Shown piece by piece: positions 1-7,680 of a DNA stretch of 64,000 nucleotides (position 1 is the first letter of the stretch; each line of letters opens with the position of its first letter). The position numbers and the translations under genes are program-made. The notes under the pieces are model-generated. The model saw nothing but the letters and a program-made list of their open reading frames with translations, was not told where the DNA came from and searched no databases. The stretch covers positions 719-64,718 of the forward strand of contig DATLFM010000097.1 in NCBI GenBank assembly GCA_035541015.1, given 5' to 3'. Source of the stretch: Thermoplasmatota archaeon. GTDB lineage: Archaea; Thermoplasmatota; SW-10-69-26; JACQPN01; JAIVGT01.

Positions 1-30
1 CCCCGCGAGTTCGACACGAGCCTCGTCCAC

Positions 31-378
31 GTGATGGAGCGCGTGAAGCCCCTGTTCCAGAAGTGGACGCTTGAGATGCTCTTTGTCCTCGCCGTGGCCC
101 AGAAGCTTCGCTTCAACCAGATCAAGTCCCGCCTGGAGGGCATCAGCTCCCGCACGCTCTCGACGAAGCTCCAGGAGCTCGAGGCCATGGGCCTCGTCGA
201 CCGCAACGTGGTCAACGAGCGGCCCGTCCGCATCGAGTATCGCCTGAGCGAGCAGGGCCGCGTCATCGCGGGGCTCACGGCGCCGCTTGTGGTCTACATG
301 AGCCTCGAGCCCGCCCGCGTCGTGCCCGCGCTTGCAACGATCCACGCGGACGACGACGCGCCGGCCACGCAGGCCTAG
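31..378 (+). CDS. HxlR-family winged-helix transcriptional regulator. It may be 5'-truncated by the window edge, because the frame is open back to base 1.
   Basis: ORF 31..378. The motif LEGISSRTLSTKLQELEAMGLV...PVRIEYRLSEQG is typical of HxlR-type wHTH regulators. No upstream stop before window start. Confidence 0.6.
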   Translation: MMERVKPLFQKWTLEMLFVLAVAQKLRFNQIKSRLEGISSRTLSTKLQELEAMGLVDRNVVNERPVRIEYRLSEQGRVIAGLTAPLVVYMSLEPARVVPALATIHADDDAPATQA

Positions 379-381
379 CGC

Positions 382-978
382 ATGCGCGAGTTCCTCGTCG
401 CCTTCTCCCGCGCCCGGAGCGCCCCCGACGTTCCTCTCGACGACCTTCCGTCCTCCGGCGGACGCTTCGACCTCGTCTGCCGCGTCGTTGCCGCCGCGTT
501 CCTCGTCTCGAACGGGATCCGTCGCGACGTCCGCCTCACGCTCGTGCTGGAGGGTCCGCCCAAGCCGCCGCTTGCCGTGCGGCTCCGCGGCGACGCGCTT
601 CGCAACCTGCACCCTGACGAGCGGTCGATCGCCGCGTGGCTGCTTCGCGCGATGGCAAAGCCCTCGGTGCCGGGCGCTTGGCTTTCGGCCGGCGACGGCA
701 TCGAGCTGTCGCGCGCCTTGCCCTCGGACGTCCTGGCGGAGCGTCCGGACGCTCCGCTTGTCGTCCTTGCCGAGGACGGCGTTCCGCTGGAGAAGGCGGA
801 GCTGCCCGCGGGGGCATGGTTTGTCCTGGGGGACGACCGGGGCGTTCCGCCGTCGCTTGCGTCGGCGCTGTCGACGCGTCGGGCCCTCCGCCTCTCGGTG
901 GGTCCGGTGAGCCTCCACACGGACCAGTGCGTCGCGATCCTTCACAACGCGCTCGACCGGGCGGGCGCGACGCGGTGA
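382..978 (+). CDS. trmY: tRNA (pseudouridine54-N1)-methyltransferase TrmY (SPOUT, DUF358)
   Basis: 198-aa ORF. It begins MREFLV...PLDDLPSSGGRFDLVCR..AAFLVSNGIRRDV.L.LVL, which closely follows the archaeal TrmY pattern. Confidence 0.7.
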   Translation: MREFLVAFSRARSAPDVPLDDLPSSGGRFDLVCRVVAAAFLVSNGIRRDVRLTLVLEGPPKPPLAVRLRGDALRNLHPDERSIAAWLLRAMAKPSVPGAWLSAGDGIELSRALPSDVLAERPDAPLVVLAEDGVPLEKAELPAGAWFVLGDDRGVPPSLASALSTRRALRLSVGPVSLHTDQCVAILHNALDRAGATR

Positions 979-1089
979 GCGGGGACGGCCGGGAGGCGGA
1001 AGGCACGCCCCCCGGCCTGCGCGAATCCGCCTCCCTTCACTGCACCCTCATGTTTCGGAGGAAGCCCGCGCTTCCTCACGTGAAAGTCC

Positions 1090-3495
1090 TCATTGGACTT
1101 TCACGTTGTCGATGGCCCACCCGAGGTAGTTGTTGGCCGTCCCGTCGACCGAGTCGAAGAAGAAGCGGACCTTCGTGCCGCTGCTCTTGTAGCTCGACAG
1201 GCCGATCTCGACCGGGCCCCACGCCGTCTGGTCGGCGTTGCGGCTGTCGCGCTGCCAGAGGGTCGTCCACGACGTGCTGCCGGACACTTGCACCTGCACG
1301 CGCAGGATGTCGTAGGCGCCACCCGAATAGTTCTCCTTCACGTACTTCGTGTCGAAGGTGAGCTTGGGCGAGGCGATGTTGTTGAGGTTCATCGCCGGCG
1401 TGTCCGCGTTCCCGGTCGTGCGCGAGCCCGTCGCGTAGTTGCACGTGCTCGCCTGGTTGTACTGCAGGGAGTTGGGCGACGACACGGCTCCCGCGCACGT
1501 GCTGCCCACGCGCCACAGCCCGCTGAACGTCCAACCGGCAGGCGTGCCCGTTCCGCCGTCGAACTTCTCGTCGAGGACGGCCGTCGCAGCCTGGCACCCG
1601 CTGATGGACAGCGTGGCCGTGCCGGTGGCGCCGTTGTAGCCGCCAAGCTGGATGCGGTACGTCGTCCCGGAGGTGCAGGTGAAGCTGATCTGCGATTGCA
1701 GGCCGCCTCCCGTGTCGTCGTTGCAAGCGAGGTTCGCAAGTGAGCCAAGGCTGCTTCCGGTGTACGCGGCAACCACGGTGTCGTAGTTCGTGCTTCCGCC
1801 CACCGTGCTCACGGTCGCGGTGCCCGCGGCCGGCGCGGTCCAGCTGTACCAAACGGTCGCGCCGATGCTGCCGCACGGCCGCGGCTCGCCGGCCTCGAGG
1901 TCGGCCCCGCTCGTGCTTTGCGTGTTCGAGTAGGGCGATCCCGTGGCGGAGATGGGACTGCCAAAACAGTTGTTCGACGGTCCCGGACAGGAGGGCGTGG
2001 CCGAAACCTGGTTGCTGCGCGGTCCCTCGCCGACGGCGTTCACGGCGGAGACCTGGTAGTAGTACGTCACGCCGTTTGTCACGCTCGTGTCGGTGTACGA
2101 CGTCGTGACGCCAAGGCTCGCGTAGAGCGAGAGCGAGCCCGACGTGGTCCCCCGGTAGAGCCGGTAGCCCGTGATGGGGCTTCCGCCGTCGGAGGGCGTC
2201 GTCCACGAGAGCGACACTTGCAAGTTGCCGGCCGAGGCCGAAAGCGAAGGCGCCGAGGGCACTGAAGTCGCCGGAGCCGTCGCCGCGTCGGCGCGGATGC
2301 GGCCGTAGCCGAACTTGTTGTCGAAGCCCGCCGCGCCGAGGTCAAGGGCGGTGTTTCGCAATCGGTTCTCGATGTCCGTGAAGCCCCAGGACGGGTTGAG
2401 CGTCTTGAGGAGCGCGGCCGTGCCCGCCACGTGCGGCGTGGCCATCGAGGTGCCGCTCATCGTGCAGTAGCTGTTCGTGTTGGGGCCGCAGGCCGACAGG
2501 ATGTCGCTCCCGGGCGCCGAGACGTCCACTTGGGGCCCCTCGCTCGAGAAGCTCGAAAACCCGTCGGAGGAGGTCGTCGACGAGACGACGATCACGACAG
2601 ACGCCTTGTCGCGCCACGGGTAGGAGACGCAATTCGTGCACGGGCCCGAGTTGCCGGCGGCCGCGACGTGCGTGACGCCGCGGTCGTGCGAGTATTGCAC
2701 GGCGTCGTTCATGGCTGCGCTCGCGGCGCTGGAGCCCCACGAGTTCGAGGCGATGTGCGCGCCTTGGTCGCCGGCGTACTTGAGCGCGTTCACGAGCGTG
2801 GTGGTGGAGGACGTGCAGTAGATGCCGGAGACGTAGAACGCCTTCACGGGAAGGATCGTGTGCTGGCTCATGCCCGCGATGCCTTTGGCGTTGTTGATCG
2901 TGGCGCCGGCCGTGCCGGTGGTGTGCGTGCCGTGGTAGCCGCAGGCGCCTCCCTCGTCGTTCGGGTCGTTGTCGTTGTTCACGAAGTCGTACCCTTGCAG
3001 CACGCGGCCGGAGCCCGCGAACTCCTCGTGCGTCTTGACGAGGCCCGAATCCATCATCTGGACCTTGACGGAGGTGGAGCCAAGCGTCCGGTCCCACGCG
3101 GTCTCCGCGCCGATCTTCTTGCTGCCCCAGTGGCCCGAGTTGCCGTACAGGGAATCGTTGGGCACAAGCCGCAGGAAGGCCGCCATGGGGTTGTCCCATT
3201 CGTAGTAGCGCACGCGGTCGTCCGTGCGAACCTGCGCTTCGAAAAGCGAGGCTGGCTCGGCCCGCACGACGGCAAAGACGAGGTCCGCGTCGGTCCACAG
3301 CACGGTCGCACCGTGGTACGTCGCGCCCGGCTCGATCTCCGAAGGGATCCTGTCGAAGAACCCGACGATGTAGTCGCGCTCGCCCACCGGCGCGCGCGAA
3401 GGGTCCACGAGAATCGGATCGACGCTTGCAAGATCGGCCACGGCTGTGCCGTACGGGAAACCGAAGAACGCGATCGCGACGCTGACGCTCACCAA
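1090..3495 (-). CDS. Secreted subtilisin-like serine protease (peptidase S8) with C-terminal fibronectin-III/pre-peptidase beta-rich domains
   Basis: 801-aa ORF with a hydrophobic N-terminus. The catalytic S8 motifs are DSG..., GYHGTHTTGTAG and GTSMATPHVAG. The long Ser/Thr/Gly-rich C-terminal half is typical of surface proteases. Confidence 0.85.
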   Translation of the reverse strand: MVSVSVAIAFFGFPYGTAVADLASVDPILVDPSRAPVGERDYIVGFFDRIPSEIEPGATYHGATVLWTDADLVFAVVRAEPASLFEAQVRTDDRVRYYEWDNPMAAFLRLVPNDSLYGNSGHWGSKKIGAETAWDRTLGSTSVKVQMMDSGLVKTHEEFAGSGRVLQGYDFVNNDNDPNDEGGACGYHGTHTTGTAGATINNAKGIAGMSQHTILPVKAFYVSGIYCTSSTTTLVNALKYAGDQGAHIASNSWGSSAASAAMNDAVQYSHDRGVTHVAAAGNSGPCTNCVSYPWRDKASVVIVVSSTTSSDGFSSFSSEGPQVDVSAPGSDILSACGPNTNSYCTMSGTSMATPHVAGTAALLKTLNPSWGFTDIENRLRNTALDLGAAGFDNKFGYGRIRADAATAPATSVPSAPSLSASAGNLQVSLSWTTPSDGGSPITGYRLYRGTTSGSLSLYASLGVTTSYTDTSVTNGVTYYYQVSAVNAVGEGPRSNQVSATPSCPGPSNNCFGSPISATGSPYSNTQSTSGADLEAGEPRPCGSIGATVWYSWTAPAAGTATVSTVGGSTNYDTVVAAYTGSSLGSLANLACNDDTGGGLQSQISFTCTSGTTYRIQLGGYNGATGTATLSISGCQAATAVLDEKFDGGTGTPAGWTFSGLWRVGSTCAGAVSSPNSLQYNQASTCNYATGSRTTGNADTPAMNLNNIASPKLTFDTKYVKENYSGGAYDILRVQVQVSGSTSWTTLWQRDSRNADQTAWGPVEIGLSSYKSSGTKVRFFFDSVDGTANNYLGWAIDNVKVQ

Positions 3496-3596
3496 CCGAC
3501 GGAGGTTTCGCAGCCTCTCATGCCCCCGCCGCCGCAGCGTCCCGCCCCCCTATCAAGGTCGCGGGGGCGTTTCCGATGCGGGTTGCGTCGGAAGCT

Positions 3597-4673
3597 TCAT
3601 GGCCTGCGCGCGGCCGCGATCGCAACCCCGAACGCGAACAACACCCCGACCGGTTCGAGCGCGGGCGCACGGGCCGGAGGCGTCACGACGACGAAGCGCC
3701 ACTGGAACGAAAGCGTGCCGCCCTCGCTGTTGCGCGCCTCCAGCAGGACCGTGTGGTTGCCGGGAGCAAACCCACCAGCGGGAGCGTACGAGAAGGCGCC
3801 TTCCGAGAATGCCAACCGATCCGTGACTTCTTGCCGGTCCACAAACAGCCGAACGTGTCCGGTTTCGACGGCGCCCACAGGCGTGGAAAGCGTCACGCGG
3901 ACGCGCGCCGTGACGGGAACGACGGAGCCGTTGGCGGGCTCGTACGTTTCGAGCACGGGTCCCGGAACGAAGGTTCGCTCCGGCGTTGCAAGCGAGAACG
4001 TCGGCGAGCGCGCCGCGTTGCCCGAGAAATCGTGGCACGTGGCCCAATAGGTGTAGTTCGTTTTCGGCCGCAGCCCGATCACGGGGTAGTTCTGGAACCG
4101 GGCGGGTTCCGTCGTGGGGTACGGAACGGGCTCTGGCGCGCTCTCGCGGAGGATCTCGAGGTTGCACAAGGCGTGCTCGTCGGTCGTCGTGGAGATGAGC
4201 GCGCCGGCGTATGTGACGTTCTCCGGCGGCAGGAAAACGATGCGGGGCGGCGCGACGTCGCGGCGGAAGGCAAGCGAGTGGTTGCCGGCGGGAAGGCGAA
4301 CGCGGAACTCGACCAGAAACCCGTCGTCCTGCGCGCGGCCGGTGAGGTTGAACAGCGCGTGGTCGCCGGCGGCCTCCTCGAGCGCTGGGCTCGAGTATTC
4401 GTTGGGAATCGACCCGCCCACGGTGGGGACGACCTGCCGCGGGCGCTCGACGTCGAACGTGCCCGCGAATCGGATGCGCCCGTACACGGTGCGCTCGGCC
4501 GAGACGTTGAGGATCGCCGTATCGGCGTCGAGGCGGACCCACTGGGGGCCTTCCCCCTGCACGGTTCCTCGGGTGCCTTCCGCGTCCGCCTCGAAGTCGT
4601 CCGATGCCGCCTGCGCGACGCCGGGGAGGACGAGGACGCAAAGCGCGAACGCGAGCCTCCAATGCCCCCGCAT
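3597..4673 (-). CDS. Secreted hypothetical protein with signal peptide and C-terminal TM anchor plus basic tail (archaeal surface protein)
   Basis: The N-terminus MRGHWRLAFALCVLVLPGVAQAAS is a signal peptide. The C-terminus ...PVGVLFAFGVAIAAARRP is a hydrophobic segment followed by Arg residues, resembling PGF-CTERM-like anchors. Confidence 0.55.
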   Translation of the reverse strand: MRGHWRLAFALCVLVLPGVAQAASDDFEADAEGTRGTVQGEGPQWVRLDADTAILNVSAERTVYGRIRFAGTFDVERPRQVVPTVGGSIPNEYSSPALEEAAGDHALFNLTGRAQDDGFLVEFRVRLPAGNHSLAFRRDVAPPRIVFLPPENVTYAGALISTTTDEHALCNLEILRESAPEPVPYPTTEPARFQNYPVIGLRPKTNYTYWATCHDFSGNAARSPTFSLATPERTFVPGPVLETYEPANGSVVPVTARVRVTLSTPVGAVETGHVRLFVDRQEVTDRLAFSEGAFSYAPAGGFAPGNHTVLLEARNSEGGTLSFQWRFVVVTPPARAPALEPVGVLFAFGVAIAAARRP

Positions 4674-4741
4674 GGCTCCGGGGAACGCGTGGGGAAAAAT
4701 AAAGGCGAGGGGCGCCCCGCGGCGCCCCTCGGATCGTCACG

Positions 4742-5959
4742 TCAGGCCGCGCCGCCGCGGATGAGGCCCCAGCCGTACGTGCTGTCGTGGCCGGAGGCCC
4801 CAAGGTCCATCGCGGTGGACTTCAGGCGGTCGTAGATCTGCTGGGACGTGAAGCCCGGGTTGTTGCTCTTCACGAGAGCGGCAAGGCCCGCCACGTGGGG
4901 CGTGGCCATCGAGGTGCCCGACGAGAGCACGTAGCACCGGTCGGCGTTCTGCTTCGTGCACGGCTGCTTGTCCGTCCACAGCGAGGGAATGTCCTCGCCC
5001 GGCGCGGAGAAGTCGAGCTCGGGGCCTTTGCTCGTGAACGACGACACGACGTTCGTCTTGCCCGTGCTGCCCACGGCCGTCACGCCCGGGTACTTCGCGG
5101 GATACTCCACACAGTTGCTGCAGCCGCCGTTCCCCGAGGCCGCCGCGATAAACGCGCCCGCGTCGAGGGCGGCGTTGATGGCGTTTCGGATGGTGGACGA
5201 GTCGCCCGTGGTGCCAAGCGAGTAGCTGTGGATGTGGGCGCCCGAGCCCGTGCAGGAGTTGATGCCGTTTGCCACCTGGCTTACGGTGCCCGAGCCGCGG
5301 GTGTTCAAGAGCTTCACGCCGCCGATGGCGACCTTCGTGATGCCCGCCACGCCCTTGGCGTTGTTCGGCATGGCGGCAATCGTGCCGGTGACGTGCGACC
5401 CGTGCCCGTTGTCGTCGTAGGCCGTGGTCTTGCCGTTGATGGCGTCAAACCAGTGGTACCAGGTCACGCCCTGAAAGTCCTCGTGCGTCCTGCGTTGGCC
5501 GGTGTCGCCCACGCAGACCTTCGTGGACGTCGTCCCGAAGCCTTTGTCCCAGGCAAGCTCCATGTTCGTGGTCGCGGGTTTCATGTCGTACTGGTAGTTC
5601 GCGTAGTGCGTGTCGTTGGGGACAAGCGAGGCCCGCACGACCTCAAGGTCCCGCTCGACGTAGCGCACGTTGTCGTCGCGTGCCGTGGTCGCGAAGAACT
5701 CGTGCGGAGTCGAAACGTCCACGACGAAGAACCGGAGGTCCTCGTTCACCGAGACGACGGTCTGGCCCGCGTACGTGGACCGGTCCTCCGGCAGCTCGTG
5801 GAAGGCCACGATCCACAGGCCCGACGACGCGCGCTCCGAAACGCCGGCCGATGCGAACTGCGGCGGTCCGGCGTCGGTCATGCCGACCTGCGGGACGGCC
5901 GAGGCGGTCGAAACTCCAAGCACAACGAACATCGCGATCACAACGACGATTCCTTTCAT
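4742..5959 (-). CDS. Secreted subtilisin-like serine protease (peptidase S8)
   Basis: The true start is probably the internal Met MKGIVVVIAMFVVLGVSTASA (signal peptide) at about 5959, within ORF 4742..6223. S8 motifs VGDTG, DDNGHGSHVTG and GTSMATPHVAGLAAL are present. Confidence 0.85.
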   Translation of the reverse strand: MKGIVVVIAMFVVLGVSTASAVPQVGMTDAGPPQFASAGVSERASSGLWIVAFHELPEDRSTYAGQTVVSVNEDLRFFVVDVSTPHEFFATTARDDNVRYVERDLEVVRASLVPNDTHYANYQYDMKPATTNMELAWDKGFGTTSTKVCVGDTGQRRTHEDFQGVTWYHWFDAINGKTTAYDDNGHGSHVTGTIAAMPNNAKGVAGITKVAIGGVKLLNTRGSGTVSQVANGINSCTGSGAHIHSYSLGTTGDSSTIRNAINAALDAGAFIAAASGNGGCSNCVEYPAKYPGVTAVGSTGKTNVVSSFTSKGPELDFSAPGEDIPSLWTDKQPCTKQNADRCYVLSSGTSMATPHVAGLAALVKSNNPGFTSQQIYDRLKSTAMDLGASGHDSTYGWGLIRGGAA

Positions 5960-6137
5960 CCTTTCCACTCCCGACCTTCCGTCGTGAAAAGACCGACGGC
6001 GGCATCGAACTTCGGCCGCAGACGACGACGCGGCGATCCTGAAACGAACGTGCCTTGGCTCTCGAGCGTGCCCCCTTGCGGCCCGCGCCCCCGCGAGCGC
6101 ACAATATTCGGTGGCCGACGTTGAACCTGCCGCCGGA

Positions 6138-7646
6138 CTATTGCAACGATTGCACAGGAGCGAGCACCCGGCGGCCGTCCACGCCCGAAGGTGCGATCGG
6201 GGGCGCGTCCTGCCCGACTGCAAGCGCGGCGTGGGCGCCCGGCACGTGCGTCAGGATGACCCGCGCAAGCGCGCGTCGAATCCGGATGCCCGCCGTGCTC
6301 GCGCTTGCATGGATCTCGCGACCCACCTGCGCCAATCCGATGCGCCGGGGGGATGCAAAGAAACCGCCCTCGGCGGCCTTGCGCAGCGCGCGAAGGTCGG
6401 CGCCGGCGCGGTTTGCAAAAGAGGGTGCTTCCGGGATCTGCACGAACCGGTACCGGCCTTGCGCGAAGTCCCGCACGCCTTGGGCAAAGCGCGCAAGCCC
6501 CGGCTGCGATCCGTAGGCCGTAAGCCTTCCCGCGCCGTGGCGAAACTCGGTCGTGAGCGCGCCGGCCGCTCCGCAAGCGTCCCGGAGGAGGTGCTCGGGC
6601 GAGAATCCTCCGGAGCCCTCGCGCGGCCGGGCCCAGCGCTCGAAGATGACCCGACGTCCGAGGGACCGCTCGAGAACCTCCCGCGCCAGGATCGGTTGCG
6701 GAAGGGCCCCGCCCAGCTGGCGATCGAGCCGCGCTACCGCCTCGGGCGGGCCTTCCACGACGAGGATCTCCCAGGCCTCTGCGTCGACGACCGAAAGCGA
6801 TTCCACGCGACCCACGAGCGCGGGCTCCGACAGGATGGCCGAGCGAAGTCCCGTCGCCTCGACGGGTGCCCAAAGCTCCACGGCAAGCGATGGCGAGCCG
6901 CTTCGCTGCGCGCGGATCCACTCGAGGTGCAAGGCGCAAAGACGCGCCACGGCGCGACGGAGATCCTCCTCCAGCGCGCTCTTCGAGCGGTTCTGCCGCG
7001 CCGCAAGCAGCCGGATGGAGGTGCGCCGCGGCTCGTCGAAGTATCCATGGGAGAGGGCGTGAAGGAGGATCCTCTCGTCCGGCGGGGCAAGCCCCCCCGA
7101 TGCCGCCTTGGAAGGCGCCGGCCCAAGGCGCAGCAGGCGCAAGCGAAGCGAGGGAGCCAACGCCGTTCGCGCGGCGTCGACGAAACGCTCGAACGGGGCC
7201 TCGGCGGGCGCGGTGACGGTGACAAGGAGCGCGCCGGCTTCCACGCGGGCCGCGTAGGCCGCGCGGGGACCCAGCTCGCGCGCGCAAAGCTGGGGAAGCG
7301 ACGGGCGCCCGCGCCCGTCGTCGAGGTCCGGGTCGAAAAAGGCCAGCGAGCCCGGTTGGCGCGCCAGGGGCTGGAGGGTTCCGCCGGCGGCGGCTTCGCG
7401 CGCCAGCCGGGCCGAGAGCTCGTCGAGGTCGCGCTCGGGCCCCTGCACGATCACCAGGCGGGACACGGCGTCGGAGGTGGCGCAGGTGGTTCGGATCGTG
7501 GCGCGGAGCTTGGGGCGCGCCAAGAGAAGATCGTAGACGGGGCTGGGGCTCCGACCGGTCACGGCGAATTCGACTTGTCGGCGCACCGACTGCCCCCGCC
7601 GGGTCAACCGCCGCCAAGCGCAAGAACGTTGCGTCCCAAGCCGCAA
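6138..7646 (-). CDS. Hypothetical protein with an internal HTH_10 (Bat-type) helix-turn-helix motif. It may be two fused or adjacent genes.
   Basis: 502-aa ORF. Residues around 195-245, ERILLHALSHGYFDEPRRTSIRLLAARQNRSKSALEEDLRRAVARL, match the HTH_10 pattern (GYFD.PR...ELA...G.S.S..S..LRRA..KL). The opposite-strand ORF 6111..7823 is Arg-rich nonsense. Confidence 0.35.
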   Translation of the reverse strand: MRLGTQRSCAWRRLTRRGQSVRRQVEFAVTGRSPSPVYDLLLARPKLRATIRTTCATSDAVSRLVIVQGPERDLDELSARLAREAAAGGTLQPLARQPGSLAFFDPDLDDGRGRPSLPQLCARELGPRAAYAARVEAGALLVTVTAPAEAPFERFVDAARTALAPSLRLRLLRLGPAPSKAASGGLAPPDERILLHALSHGYFDEPRRTSIRLLAARQNRSKSALEEDLRRAVARLCALHLEWIRAQRSGSPSLAVELWAPVEATGLRSAILSEPALVGRVESLSVVDAEAWEILVVEGPPEAVARLDRQLGGALPQPILAREVLERSLGRRVIFERWARPREGSGGFSPEHLLRDACGAAGALTTEFRHGAGRLTAYGSQPGLARFAQGVRDFAQGRYRFVQIPEAPSFANRAGADLRALRKAAEGGFFASPRRIGLAQVGREIHASASTAGIRIRRALARVILTHVPGAHAALAVGQDAPPIAPSGVDGRRVLAPVQSLQ

Positions 7647-7680
7647 CCCTTACGAGAGGACGAGTCGTGCCCGAACCCCG

